DNA from: Alphaproteobacteria bacterium
GTDB lineage: Bacteria > Pseudomonadota > Alphaproteobacteria > JAAXGF01
Length of the DNA: 64,000 nt
Direction of reading: 5' to 3'
NCBI GenBank assembly: GCA_963555825.3
Contig: CAUVXB020000002.1
Location: 3,040,001-3,104,000, forward strand
Shown here: positions 11,178-21,354 of the stretch, in pieces
How positions within the stretch are numbered: the stretch's first letter is position 1
Layout: each line of letters begins with the position of its first letter
Translations under genes and position numbers: made by a program
The notes under the pieces: generated by a model
Database searches by the model: none
The model's input: only the letters and a program-made list of their open reading frames with translations
Told to the model about the DNA's origin: nothing

Positions 11178-12185
11178 ATGGTTGACCACACCGCGCCGGC
11201 CCCAGCGCTGGGCGAGGTACAGCTCACGCTCTACCAGCGGATGAGGGCGATCTTCCTGCGCTACGAGCCGTTGCGCGGATTTTCGCTCCTGTCGCCGACG
11301 CTGGGTATCATGCTGCTGGCGCTCGCGCTGCCTGTCGGCCTGTTGGGCGCCTACAGCTTCTGGACACAGAACTACCTCGATATCGATCACACGCTGACCA
11401 TCGCCAACTACCTGAAGTTCTTCAAGGGTATCGGGATTGAATTTCAGGTTCCCGGCATCGAGTTTTCGCCGTTTGCCATCACCTGGCCGATCGGCATCGA
11501 CCTTCCGATCTACCCGTCGTTGTTGCTCAAGTCGATGCGGATTTCCGGATTGGTGACGATCGCCACCGTCCTGCTTGCCTATCCGATGGCGTATTTCATC
11601 GCGTTCCGGGTGACGCGGCACAAGATGATCTGGCTGATCCTGATTACCATACCGTTCTGGACCAGCTATCTGCTGCGCGTCTTCGCCTGGAAGATCATCC
11701 TCGGCTATAACGGCGTGATCAATTCCGGTCTGATGAGCCTTGGGGTGATCGACGAGCCGATCAGCGTGATCCTCTATAACCCGAACGCGGTGATCCTCAC
11801 GCTGGCCCACGCTTGGGCGGCCTTCGCCATCCTGCCGATCTACGTCTCGCTCGAGAAGATCGACCGCTCTCTCTTGGAGGCGGCCACCGACCTCGGCGAT
11901 GGCCCGATGATGCGCTTCCTGCGCGTCACGCTGCCGCTCTCGATGCCCGGCGTGATCGCCGCGAGCCTGTTGGTGTTCATCCCGACGGTTGGCGACTACG
12001 TGACGCCCAAGCTGGTCGGCGGCACGACCGGCATCATGATCGGCAACATCATCCAATCACAGTTTGGTAAGGCCAACAACTGGCCGATGGGGGCGGCGCT
12101 GTCGATCATCTCGATGCTGGTGATCACGGCGTTGATCTGCGCCTTCCTGTGGTTCACCAATCGCGCGCGAAAGAGGGTAGCATGA
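11178..12185 (+). CDS. ABC permease (PotB-like)
   Basis: IPFWTSYLLR, EAA loop IDRSLLEAATDLG, NWPMGAALS. Confidence 0.92.
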   Translation: MVDHTAPAPALGEVQLTLYQRMRAIFLRYEPLRGFSLLSPTLGIMLLALALPVGLLGAYSFWTQNYLDIDHTLTIANYLKFFKGIGIEFQVPGIEFSPFAITWPIGIDLPIYPSLLLKSMRISGLVTIATVLLAYPMAYFIAFRVTRHKMIWLILITIPFWTSYLLRVFAWKIILGYNGVINSGLMSLGVIDEPISVILYNPNAVILTLAHAWAAFAILPIYVSLEKIDRSLLEAATDLGDGPMMRFLRVTLPLSMPGVIAASLLVFIPTVGDYVTPKLVGGTTGIMIGNIIQSQFGKANNWPMGAALSIISMLVITALICAFLWFTNRARKRVA

Positions 12186-13018
12186 GCAGCAGCGTCGGCT
12201 ACGGAACCTACGGGTTAAGCAAGCGGCGGATCGACGGCCTCTTCGTCTACGCCGTCATCTATCTGGCGTTCGTCTATGTGCCGGTGCTCTTCCTGCCGTT
12301 GTTCTCGTTCAACGACTCGATCTACATCGCCTTCCCGCTCAAGGGTTTCACCTTCGAGTGGTACGGCAAGATGGCGAATAGCCCTGGCCTGATAGCGGCG
12401 TTGATCAACAGTATCCAGGTCGCCACCTGTGTCGCGGTTCTGGCGACGATCTTCGGCACCCTGGCGGCCAAGGCGGTGACGCGATATCGCATTCCGGGGC
12501 GCGGCCCGATCGTCGCCTTCATCATGATCCCGCTGGTCATTCCCGGAATCATCATGGGCATCGCGCTTCTCATCCTGTCGAAGATGGCTGGCTTTTCATT
12601 GTCGCTGTATACCATCGGTTTGGGCCACATGCTGGTCAGCGTGCCGTTCTCGATGCTGGTGATGATCTCGCGCCTCGAGGGCTTCGATAAGGCGATGGAG
12701 GAGGCCTCGCTGGATCTCGGCGAGAACGCCTGGAACACGTTTTGGCGGGTGACCTTTCCGCTCTCGGTGCCGGGCCTGATCGCGAGCTTGCTGCTCTGCT
12801 TCACCATCTCGTTCGACGAGTTCATCCTGGCCTTCTTCCTGGCTGGCACCGACGTCACTCTGCCGGTTTATATATGGAGCCAGTTGCGCTTCCCAAGCAA
12901 GCTGCCGAGCGTGTTGGCGCTCGGCGCCTGTATTCTCGTGGCTTCGTTCGTGCTGGTAAGCTTCGCCGAGTGGTTCCGCCGGCGCGGCGTCCAGGTCAAG
13001 ACGACTTCGGGTGTATAG
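12182..13018 (+). CDS. ABC permease (PotC-like)
   Basis: FSFN, EEASLDLG, SFDEF motifs; ATGA overlap with upstream gene. Confidence 0.92.
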   Translation: MSSSVGYGTYGLSKRRIDGLFVYAVIYLAFVYVPVLFLPLFSFNDSIYIAFPLKGFTFEWYGKMANSPGLIAALINSIQVATCVAVLATIFGTLAAKAVTRYRIPGRGPIVAFIMIPLVIPGIIMGIALLILSKMAGFSLSLYTIGLGHMLVSVPFSMLVMISRLEGFDKAMEEASLDLGENAWNTFWRVTFPLSVPGLIASLLLCFTISFDEFILAFFLAGTDVTLPVYIWSQLRFPSKLPSVLALGACILVASFVLVSFAEWFRRRGVQVKTTSGV

Positions 13019-13021
13019 ATA

Positions 13022-14122
13022 ATGTCTGACGAGTCCTTTATCTCGATCCGCGACGTGTCGAAGCATTTCGGCGCGGTCAAGGCGGTCAACAATGTCGATA
13101 TCTCGATCGCCCGCGGCGAGTTTTTCTCGCTTTTGGGACCTTCGGGCTGCGGCAAGACGACGCTGTTGCGCATGCTCGCCGGCTTCGAAACGCCGACGAT
13201 GGGCGAAATCTATATTGACGACGAGCCTATGTCGGCAACGCCGCCGCACGAGCGGCCGGTCAACATGGTGTTCCAGAACTACGCCATCTTCCCGCATCTC
13301 GACGTGCGCGGCAACATCGCCTACGGCATGCGCAAGTCGGGGCTATCCAAGCCCGACCTCAATGCCAGGGTCGAGGAGATGCTCGATCTGATCAAGCTGC
13401 CGGGCTATGGCACGCGCGGCGCCAACGAGCTGTCCGGTGGCGAGCGCCAGCGCGTCGCCCTGGCGCGGGCCCTGATCAAGCAGCCCAAGGTGCTGCTGCT
13501 CGACGAGCCGTTGGGCGCGCTCGACAAGAAGCTGCGCGAGGATATGCAGCTCGAGCTGCGCGCGTTGCAGCGCTCGGTCGGCATCACCTTCGTGTTCGTC
13601 ACCCACGACCAGGAAGAGGCGCTGACGATGTCCGATCGCATCGCCGTCATGTCGATGGGCCGCGCGCTGCAGATCGACGCGCCGGTGCCGCTGTATGAAA
13701 ACCCCCGTCGCCACTTCGTCGCCGATTTCATCGGCACCATGAACTTCTTCGAGGGTTCGGTGCGCGACGTCTCCAATGGCGCGACGACGGTCGACGCGGG
13801 GCCGATCGGCAATGTGCGCGTGGCGAACAGAGAGCAATCGTTCAGCGCCGGCAGCGACGTTCTGGTCGCCATCCGGCCCGAAAAATTCGCGCTGTCGTCG
13901 GAAGCGCCGGGCGGCGAAGTCAACGTGGTCCAAGGCCGCATGGGGCCGACCGCCTACCTTGGCGACCGCAGCCACCTCTACGTCAATATCCCCGGTCGCG
14001 AAGCGCCGGTCGCGATCGCCATGCAGAACGTCGCGGATTCGACCACCATGGTCGCTCCCGACCAGCCGGTGTGGCTGTCGTGGTCGGAGAAAGCGGTCGT
14101 CCTGTTGCCGTCCGAAGACTAG
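13022..14122 (+). CDS. ABC ATP-binding protein (PotA-like)
   Basis: GPSGCGKTT, LSGGERQRVALARAL, LLLDEPLGALD, TOBE-like C-terminus. Confidence 0.95.
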   Translation: MSDESFISIRDVSKHFGAVKAVNNVDISIARGEFFSLLGPSGCGKTTLLRMLAGFETPTMGEIYIDDEPMSATPPHERPVNMVFQNYAIFPHLDVRGNIAYGMRKSGLSKPDLNARVEEMLDLIKLPGYGTRGANELSGGERQRVALARALIKQPKVLLLDEPLGALDKKLREDMQLELRALQRSVGITFVFVTHDQEEALTMSDRIAVMSMGRALQIDAPVPLYENPRRHFVADFIGTMNFFEGSVRDVSNGATTVDAGPIGNVRVANREQSFSAGSDVLVAIRPEKFALSSEAPGGEVNVVQGRMGPTAYLGDRSHLYVNIPGREAPVAIAMQNVADSTTMVAPDQPVWLSWSEKAVVLLPSED

Positions 14123-14144
14123 GCGTTAATCGAATCCACTGGCC

Positions 14145-14178
14145 AACCGGCGGCAACCAATGCCGCCGGTTTGCTTTT
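14145..14178 (+). terminator. Intrinsic terminator after pot-like operon
   Basis: AACCGGCGGCA/TGCCGCCGGTT stem followed by TGCTTTT. Confidence 0.6.
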
Positions 14179-14356
14179 GGCGAGAATTCCGGGCTGTGCA
14201 CCGCTACGCTTGTCCCGCAATGGGCTTCGTGAGATAGTCGCGCCGCTCGTGCCGGTCCCGGCGCGGGCTTTGCACTTCATCCCGCGATCGGGCACGACCA
14301 TGGCGATGGAATCACAGCGCAAACCGGCGGGTCGGCCGGCCGACAGTCGGTCGGGC

Positions 14357-15535
14357 ATGTCGTTTTCCGAGCGCGTCGCGCGGGTCGGCGGCAAGGGCGC
14401 GCGCGCCTGGGAGGTGCACGACCGGGCGCGGCGGCTGCAGGCCGAGGGGCGCGACGTCATCTTCCTCAGCGTCGGCGATCCCGATTTCGACACGCCGTCG
14501 CCGATCGTCGAGGCGGCGGTCGAGGCGCTGCGCGGCGGGCGCACCCACTACACCTCGATGGCCGGCATTCCGCCGCTGCGCGAGGCCATCGCGGCGCGCC
14601 ACGAGAGATTGACCGGTCACGCGGTCTCGCCAGATGCGGTGGTCGTCAACCCGGGCGCGCAATGCGCGCTGTTCTCGACCATGATGTGCATCGCCCAGGC
14701 GGGCGACGAGGTCATCGTGCCCGAGCCGCTCTACGTCACCTACACCGCGGTGGTCGGCGCCTCGGGCGCGACCCTGGTGCAGGTGCCGCTGCGCGCCGAG
14801 AACGCCTTCCATCTCGACCCAGACGACGTCGCGGCAGCGGTGACGCCGAGGACGCGCGCCGTGCTGATCAACTTTCCGCACAACCCGTCGGGCGCGATGA
14901 TCACGCCGGACGAGCTCGCGGGGCTCGCCAAGATCTGCCGCCGCCACGACCTGTGGCTGGTTTCCGACGAGGTCTATGCGACGCTGACCTACGACGGCCG
15001 CAAGCATGTCTCGCCTGTGACGCTGCCCGGCATGGCCGAGCGCACGGTGGTCATTGACAGCCTGTCGAAGGCCTACGCGATGACCGGCTGGCGGCTCGGC
15101 TGGGCGATCGCGCCGGGCGAGCTGGCGCTGCATATGGCCAATCTGGCGCAGTGCATGCTGTACGGCTGCCCGGCGTTCATCCAGGATGCCGCGGTCACCG
15201 CTCTCCAGGGTGAGTTCGATGAGATCGAGGTGATGCGCGACGCGTTCCACGCGCGCCGCAACCTAGTCGTCGAGCGCGTCAACGCCATGCCCCACGTTCG
15301 CTGCACGCCGCCCGAAGGCTCGATGTTTATCATGATCGACGTGCGCGATTCAGGCCTCGGCGCCGAGGAATTCGCCTTCCGCCTGGTCGACGCCGAGGGC
15401 GTCTCGATGCTGCCCTGCGACCCGTTCGGCCCGAGCGCCGTCGGCCACCTGCGCGTTTCCCTCTCGGCGCCGATCGAGGTGCTCGAAGAGGCCTGCAACC
15501 GCCTCGAACGCTTCCTCGGCGCACTCAACCGGTAG
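14357..15535 (+). CDS. PLP-dependent class I/II aminotransferase (AruH-like)
   Basis: AWEVH...LSVGDPDFDTP, NFPHNPSG, SDEVY, SLSKAYAMTGWRLGW. Confidence 0.9.
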   Translation: MSFSERVARVGGKGARAWEVHDRARRLQAEGRDVIFLSVGDPDFDTPSPIVEAAVEALRGGRTHYTSMAGIPPLREAIAARHERLTGHAVSPDAVVVNPGAQCALFSTMMCIAQAGDEVIVPEPLYVTYTAVVGASGATLVQVPLRAENAFHLDPDDVAAAVTPRTRAVLINFPHNPSGAMITPDELAGLAKICRRHDLWLVSDEVYATLTYDGRKHVSPVTLPGMAERTVVIDSLSKAYAMTGWRLGWAIAPGELALHMANLAQCMLYGCPAFIQDAAVTALQGEFDEIEVMRDAFHARRNLVVERVNAMPHVRCTPPEGSMFIMIDVRDSGLGAEEFAFRLVDAEGVSMLPCDPFGPSAVGHLRVSLSAPIEVLEEACNRLERFLGALNR

Positions 15536-15556
15536 GGCCGCGGCGCCTGACGCCTG

Positions 15557-16417
15557 TTACTTCAGGTGCTCGGCGAGAAAAACGCGAATGCGCTCGATCG
15601 CATCCTCGGCAGCTTCGGCGTCGTATCGCCCGATGCGTCCCATATATCGAAAATCGGTGCCCTTGAGGTCGAAAACATGATGCGCGCCCGGGTATATCTT
15701 TAAAACGACGTCGCGGCCGGCGCCGCCCATCATCATGAACCGCTCGCAATATCCGACCGGTGTCCATTCGTCGAGCTCGCCAATGAGGATCAAGAGTGGC
15801 GCTTCCGGCACGACGAGTGGATCGCAGTATGGGTACAGCGCCACCGCCGCCCGGAACGGCTTGGCGCCGATCTTGGCGGTCGTCGGTTCGTGAATGGCCT
15901 GCATGGCTGTCGACGCCCCCTGCTATATGCCCATCACCACGAGTCGTTCAGGGTCGACGAACGGGAGGCCGGTCAAATAGGTCTTGGCGCCGTGGCTATC
16001 GAGCGCACGCATAAGCGGCCCCGGAGGTCTAGGCGGCATGTGGCAATTCGCCTCGCCGCGGGGGCCGAAACTGTCGACGTTGAGCACGACATAGCCCCAG
16101 TCGACGAGCCGTTCGGTCCACACCTCGTTCGATGTCCCGAGTCCGCTACAGCTGTGCAAGAGGACGACGGTGGGAAACGGACCATCACCCTTCGGCCCGC
16201 TCAAATGTCCCCAGATTGGCAATGCCGGCGTCGGTTCCAGCTCGACACCTTGCTCCTTGGCCTTTTTGACCTTGAACGGGGTCGGCGGGTAGACGGCGCT
16301 GTCGAAGAAGACGGGCTTGCCGAGCGACCCGGCGCCGGCGGGCGGGACGCCGAGCACCACGATGGCGCCGAAGCACATCGCGGTGAGCACGAAACCGAGT
16401 CGAATGTTTCGAATCAT
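15557..16417 (-). pseudogene. Dienelactone-hydrolase-family alpha/beta hydrolase with in-frame TAG at the nucleophile codon
   Basis: ORFs 15923..16486 and 15557..15904 are one frame: VMG-I-TAG(15923-15925)-Q-G. LHSCSG, IGELDEWTP and YPGAHHVFD motifs are intact; signal peptide present. Confidence 0.85.
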
Positions 16418-16584
16418 CGTCGTGCAATGATAGCGTAACCTACGATCGCCGTACATGCAGCGCGACGTTGCGGCCATAGCAACCACGCCATGCGCAGCGG
16501 CGAATCAGTCTGGGATTCCCGTCGCGGCGCGATATCTTGGTACGCATCGCCGTTGGTTCGTCCTGTCCAGGCTCGGGAGCCGTC

Positions 16585-17799
16585 TTGTCCGCATCGGAGA
16601 AACTGCCCACATCGCAAGCCAGCCGGCCGCCGTCGAGGACGGTCTTCGATGAGCGTGTCCGAATCTATGGCTATCAGCTCATCGTCTTCGGCGGCTTCGC
16701 CTGGCTCGCCTGGTTCGCCTTCTCGACGATGTCGCACAACCTTGCCGCGCGGGGCATGCAGACCGGCTTCAGCTTCCTGTTCGTCACCGCCGGCTTCGAC
16801 ACCGACTTCAAGCTGATCGACTACCAGCCGGGCGTCGGCACCTACGGCCGGATCTTCTTCATCGGTGTGCTGAACACGCTGTTCATCTCGTTCTTCGCGA
16901 TCGTCGCCAGCACGGTGATCGCCTTCGTCGTCGGCATCGCGCGGGTCTCGTCGAACTGGCTGGTATCGCGCCTCGCGCTCGCCTACGTCGAGCTGATCCG
17001 CAACACGCCGATCCTGATGCAGATCGTGATGTGGCACGTCAGCATCTTCTTCGTTCTGCCCAAGGTCAGGCAGAGCACCGACCTGCTCGGCCTCGGCATC
17101 GCGTTCCTCAACAACCGCGGCCTCTATGTGCCGTCGCCGGTGCCGGGCGAGATGTTCTGGGCCTCGGTCGCCGCCTTGGGCGTCGCGGTCGCCGCGGTGG
17201 TCATGCTCCGCCGCTGGGCGCAACGGCGCCAGGACCTGACCGGCGAGCGCTTCCCCGTCTTCGTCGTCTCGCTGGGCGTCGTCCTGGCGCTTCCCGGCGC
17301 CGTCTTCCTGGCCACCGGTACGCCGCTCGGCTGGGACGTGCCGGCCTTCGAGACCTTCAACTTCGCGGGCGGCGTGCGCCTGCCGCCGGCCTTCGTCATC
17401 CTCTTGATCGCGCTCACCATCTATCACTCGGCGCACAAGGCCGAGGCGGTGCGCGCCGGCATCCAGTCGGTGCCCAAGGGCCAGTTCGAGGCCGCCCACG
17501 CGCTCGGCCTGCGCGGCGGCCAGACGATGCGCCTGGTGCTGATGCCCCAGGCGATGCGCGCCATCGTGCCGCCGTTGATCTCGGGCTGGCTGGGCGTCAC
17601 GCGCAACGCCTCGCTGGGCATCGCCATCGGCTATCCCGAGCTGGTCGGGCTGTTCATGCAGACCTCGCTCAACCAGGCCGGTCACGCGATCGAGATCGTC
17701 GCCATGACGATGGGCTTTTACATGCTGCTGAGCTTCCTGATTGCGCTGCTGTTGAACGCCTACGACCGCCGCATGCGCCTCATCGAGGGATCCCTGTAG
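16585..17799 (+). CDS. Amino-acid ABC permease (AapQ/BztB-like), stand-alone
   Basis: GIARVSSNWLV, YVELIRNTP, GQFEAAHALGL, IGYPELV, LNQAG; TTG start after GGGAG. Confidence 0.88.
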   Translation: MSASEKLPTSQASRPPSRTVFDERVRIYGYQLIVFGGFAWLAWFAFSTMSHNLAARGMQTGFSFLFVTAGFDTDFKLIDYQPGVGTYGRIFFIGVLNTLFISFFAIVASTVIAFVVGIARVSSNWLVSRLALAYVELIRNTPILMQIVMWHVSIFFVLPKVRQSTDLLGLGIAFLNNRGLYVPSPVPGEMFWASVAALGVAVAAVVMLRRWAQRRQDLTGERFPVFVVSLGVVLALPGAVFLATGTPLGWDVPAFETFNFAGGVRLPPAFVILLIALTIYHSAHKAEAVRAGIQSVPKGQFEAAHALGLRGGQTMRLVLMPQAMRAIVPPLISGWLGVTRNASLGIAIGYPELVGLFMQTSLNQAGHAIEIVAMTMGFYMLLSFLIALLLNAYDRRMRLIEGSL

Positions 17800-17824
17800 G
17801 GGCGGGTTTCAAACCCGCCTCTAC
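17796..17824. repeat. GTAG-type REP palindrome
   Basis: GTAG-GGGCGGGTTT-C-AAACCCGCCT-CTAC between convergent genes. Confidence 0.75.
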
Positions 17825-17853
17825 GACAGATGCCTTTGTGCCTCTGTGGTGAT

Positions 17854-19197
17854 CTACAGGTCGTCGACGACCTGGCGAAGGGTCAGGGCGAACTTGTCGA
17901 CGATCTCGTCGAGCTCGGCGCGGCTCGCGACATAGGGCGGCGAGAGGATCACCTGGTCGCCGCGCACGCCGTCGACGTTGCCGCCGGTCGGATAGCAGAT
18001 CAGGCCGTTCTCCAGGCCCCGGTCGCGGACCCGTGCGAACATCTGCAGCGCCGGATCGAACGGCTCCTTGGTGGCGCGGTCGGCGACCAGTTCGATGCCG
18101 ACGAAGAAGCCGCGGCCGCGGATGTCGCCGACGCAGTCCATGTCGCCGATCGCCTCGCCCAAGCGCGCGAACAGATAGGGGCTCTCGGCGGCGACCCGTT
18201 CGACCAGCCTGTCGCGCTTGATGATCGTCTGCACGGCGAGGCCGGCGGCGCAGCAGGTGGTGTGGCCGGTATAGGTGTGGCCCGAGGCGATGTGGCCATG
18301 GGCCGCCATGATAGGCTGGTACATCGAGTCCTGGTAGACTGCGGCGCCGAGCGGCAGGTAGCCGCCCGAGAGGCCCTTGGCGACCGACATGATGTCGGGC
18401 ACGACGCCGTCGTGCTCCAGCGCGCGCCAGCTACCGCAGCGGCCCGAGCCGCACATCACCTCGTCGGCGATCATCAGGACGCCGTAACGGTCGCAGATCT
18501 CGCGGATGCGCCGGGCATAGCCGTCGGGCGCCGGCACCGCGCCGCCGGCGGCGCCGACCACCGGCTCGAAGATGAAGGCCGCGACGGTCTCCGGACCGAG
18601 GCGCTCGATCTCGCGTTCCAGCTCGCCCGCGCAATAGGCCGCGACGTTCTCGGGCGGAACGTTGGGCGGCGGCCGGTAGGCGTTGACCGGCGACAGCCGG
18701 CTGCCCTCGATCAGCGCGCCCTCGTAGGGGTCGCGGCGCGCCTTGAAGCCCGAGACCGAGAGTGCGCCCAGCGTGTTGCCGTGCCACGAGCGCTCGCGCG
18801 AGATGATCCGCCGGCGCGACATCTCGCCGGCGGCCGCGTGGTACTGCAGCGCAACCTTGAGGCAGGACTCGACTGCTTCCGAGCCGCCGGTGCAGAACTG
18901 CATGCGGGTCAGCCCGCCGCCGCAGAATTCGGCGATGATCGCCTGCAGCCCGTCGAGCGCGTCCGAGGCGAAGGTATAGCGGTAGCCGTGGGCGATACGG
19001 TCGATCTGCGCCACAATCGCCTCGTTGACCTCGGCGTTGCCGTGGCCCAGACAGAACACCGCGGGCCCACCCGAGCCGTCGATGTACTGCTTGCCGCTCG
19101 AATCGTAAACATAGACGCCGCGCCCGTAATCGACTGTCGGCAAATCGACGGTCGGCATGGCTGGGGCGTACTCGGCGGCGGGCTCGGTCACGGTCAT
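17854..19197 (-). CDS. Class III PLP aminotransferase
   Basis: YIDGSGG, GGSEAVE, SWHGNT, EPVVGAAGG, IADEVMCG, AKGLSGGY, GHTY. Confidence 0.93.
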   Translation of the reverse strand: MTVTEPAAEYAPAMPTVDLPTVDYGRGVYVYDSSGKQYIDGSGGPAVFCLGHGNAEVNEAIVAQIDRIAHGYRYTFASDALDGLQAIIAEFCGGGLTRMQFCTGGSEAVESCLKVALQYHAAAGEMSRRRIISRERSWHGNTLGALSVSGFKARRDPYEGALIEGSRLSPVNAYRPPPNVPPENVAAYCAGELEREIERLGPETVAAFIFEPVVGAAGGAVPAPDGYARRIREICDRYGVLMIADEVMCGSGRCGSWRALEHDGVVPDIMSVAKGLSGGYLPLGAAVYQDSMYQPIMAAHGHIASGHTYTGHTTCCAAGLAVQTIIKRDRLVERVAAESPYLFARLGEAIGDMDCVGDIRGRGFFVGIELVADRATKEPFDPALQMFARVRDRGLENGLICYPTGGNVDGVRGDQVILSPPYVASRAELDEIVDKFALTLRQVVDDL

Positions 19198-19285
19198 TTC
19201 GGCGCTCCCGGTATTCTTCGTCGGCCGAGCCTACGCCAGCCGTCGGGGCGCGCCAAGGACGCGTTTCGGCTACACTGGAGCCATC

Positions 19286-19642
19286 ATGGCGTCGCGCGAG
19301 TACCAGACCTACTACGCGATCATTCGCATCATCCCGCCCGGCCGGGTGATGACCTATGGCGACGTCGCGGCGCACGCCGGCCGGCCACGTCAGGCGCGGC
19401 GCGTCGGTTACGCGCTCCACGCGCTCAACGACCCGAATGTGCCGTGGTGGCGCGTGGTCAACGCCAAGGGCGGCATCAGCGTGCGCGCGCCCGACGGCGA
19501 GGCCGATGATCGCCAGCGCGAGCTGCTGCGGCTGGAGGGTGTCGAATTCGACCTCGAAGGGCGCATCGATCTCGCGCGGTACCGTTTCCATCCCGACGCC
19601 GAGAGCGTCGACGCACTGGCGCGCGAATTCGAGGGAAAGTAG
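19286..19642 (+). CDS. Alkyltransferase-like (ATL/YbaZ) MGMT-family DNA-binding protein
   Basis: IPPGRVMTYGDVA, ARRVG, and PWWRVVN with Trp in place of the catalytic Cys of PCHRV. Confidence 0.9.
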   Translation: MASREYQTYYAIIRIIPPGRVMTYGDVAAHAGRPRQARRVGYALHALNDPNVPWWRVVNAKGGISVRAPDGEADDRQRELLRLEGVEFDLEGRIDLARYRFHPDAESVDALAREFEGK

Positions 19643-19672
19643 AATTGGCACGGGGTTCAGGGAGATAAGGGC

Positions 19673-21232
19673 ATGACGGCAGCGACAACCCGGCGGCGCA
19701 GTGGCGGCCGCGCCGCCCGGCGCGAGCTGCGCGCGCAAGGCTCCAGCGGCGAGGTCGTCGGACCCGGGCTCAAGGGCGGCAGTTTCAAGCCGCTCGGCGC
19801 GCGCGACATCGAGCGTATCCACCAGACCGCGCTCGACGTGCTCGAGAACGTCGGCGTCGGCGACCCGCTGCCCGAAATGCTCGATACGGCATTGCCGCGG
19901 GGCTGTTGGCTAAGCGACGAAGGGCGCTTGTGTTTTCCGCGCGCGTTGGTCGAGGACATCATCGCGAACGCCTGCCACCGCTTCACGATCCATGCGCGCA
20001 ATCCGGCCTTCGACGTGACGCTCGGCGGCAGCAACGTCAATTTCGCGACCGCCGGCCAGGCGGTGACGATCTACCAGCCCGAGACCAAGTCGTACCGACC
20101 GTCGACGCTGGTCGACCTCTACGACCTGGCGCGCCTGACCGACCGGCTCGACAACCTGCACCGCTTCTGCCAGATGGTCGTCGCCACCGACATCGCCGAC
20201 GAGCATGTCCATAACATCTCGGTCGGCTACGCTCTCTTGGCGGCGACGCGGAAGTCGTTCTCGGTCGCCGTCGGCAGCCGGCCCGAGGACATCGCCGAGC
20301 TGGTCGCGCTGTTCGACATCGCGCTCGGCCGCGAGGGCGCATTCCTCGAGAAGCCGTTCTGCACCATCGGCTGCTGCCCGATCCTGTCGCCGCTGCGCTT
20401 CGGCGAGGACGGCAGCCGCGTCGCGCTCGAATGCGCCCGCCTCGGCATCCCCGGCGACTATGCGATCGCGCCACAGGCCGGCGCGACGGCGCCGGCGGCG
20501 CTGGCCGGCACGCTGGTGCAGATCCCCGCCGAGACGCTCGCGACGATCGTCGTGACCAATCTCGCCAAGCCCGGCCATCCGACGGTCTATGCCGCCTGGC
20601 CGCTGGTCTCGGACCTGCGTACCGGCGCGTTCTCGGGCGGCTCGGGCGAGGAAGCGCTGCTCAGCGCGGCGGCGGTCCAGATCGGCAACTTCTACGACCT
20701 GCCGACCAGCGTTGGCGCCGGCATGAGCGATTCCAAACTGCCCGACAACCAGGCCGGCTTCGAGAAGGGCCTGACCACCGCGCTGGCCGGTCTCGCGGGC
20801 GCCAACTACGTCGGCGAGGCGGCCGGCATGCAGGCCAGCCTGATGGGCTGCTCGTTCGAGGCGCTGGTCATCGACAACGAGATGCTCGGGGCCGTGCAGC
20901 GCACCATCCGCGGCATCGAAGTGACCGACGAGACACTGTCCTACGAGGTCATCCGCGACGGCGCGCTGGGCGCCGGCCACTACCTCGGCAGCGAACAAAC
21001 GCTCTTATTGATGGAGACCGAGTACCTCTACCCCGAAATCTCCGACCGCAACACGCCGGACGTCTGGCAGGAGGGCGGCTCGCTCGATATCGGCGAACGG
21101 GCGCGCGAACGGGCGCGCGAAATCCTCGACGAGCACTATCCCGAGTATATTACGCCCGAAGCAGACGCGAAGATCCGCGAACGCTTCCCGATCGCGCTCG
21201 AGCCCGCAGACATGCGCGCCGGCCGCGGATAG
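19673..21232 (+). CDS. Trimethylamine methyltransferase (MttB) superfamily, non-pyrrolysine member
   Basis: RRSGGRAARR N-terminus, GATAPAALAGTL, DLRTGAF, SDSKLPDNQAGFEK. Confidence 0.92.
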   Translation: MTAATTRRRSGGRAARRELRAQGSSGEVVGPGLKGGSFKPLGARDIERIHQTALDVLENVGVGDPLPEMLDTALPRGCWLSDEGRLCFPRALVEDIIANACHRFTIHARNPAFDVTLGGSNVNFATAGQAVTIYQPETKSYRPSTLVDLYDLARLTDRLDNLHRFCQMVVATDIADEHVHNISVGYALLAATRKSFSVAVGSRPEDIAELVALFDIALGREGAFLEKPFCTIGCCPILSPLRFGEDGSRVALECARLGIPGDYAIAPQAGATAPAALAGTLVQIPAETLATIVVTNLAKPGHPTVYAAWPLVSDLRTGAFSGGSGEEALLSAAAVQIGNFYDLPTSVGAGMSDSKLPDNQAGFEKGLTTALAGLAGANYVGEAAGMQASLMGCSFEALVIDNEMLGAVQRTIRGIEVTDETLSYEVIRDGALGAGHYLGSEQTLLLMETEYLYPEISDRNTPDVWQEGGSLDIGERARERAREILDEHYPEYITPEADAKIRERFPIALEPADMRAGRG

Positions 21233-21293
21233 GCCATGGCGATTGGGTAAAAAGACCGGGAGGCGCAAGGCCCGTCACGGGTGGTGGATGGGC

Positions 21294-21321
21294 AAAAAAC
21301 GGGGGGCCGCAAGGCCCCCCG
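21294..21321 (-). terminator. Intrinsic terminator after binding-protein gene
   Basis: CGGGGGGCC-N4-GGCCCCCCG stem followed by TTTTTT on the minus strand. Confidence 0.7.
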
Positions 21322-21354
21322 AGGTGCGTGTCGTGATTTGTGTCGTTGGTTGGC

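Noticed and set aside
14206-14270. Possible fourth copy of the dispersed repeat (CTTGTCCC, CCGGCGCGGGCT matches)
   Set aside because: Only short GC-rich matches with wrong spacing; the core hairpins are absent
19673-21232. Pyrrolysine-containing MttB explaining the amber codons
   Set aside because: The ORF has no internal TAG, Met occupies the Pyl position, and no pyl genes are in the window
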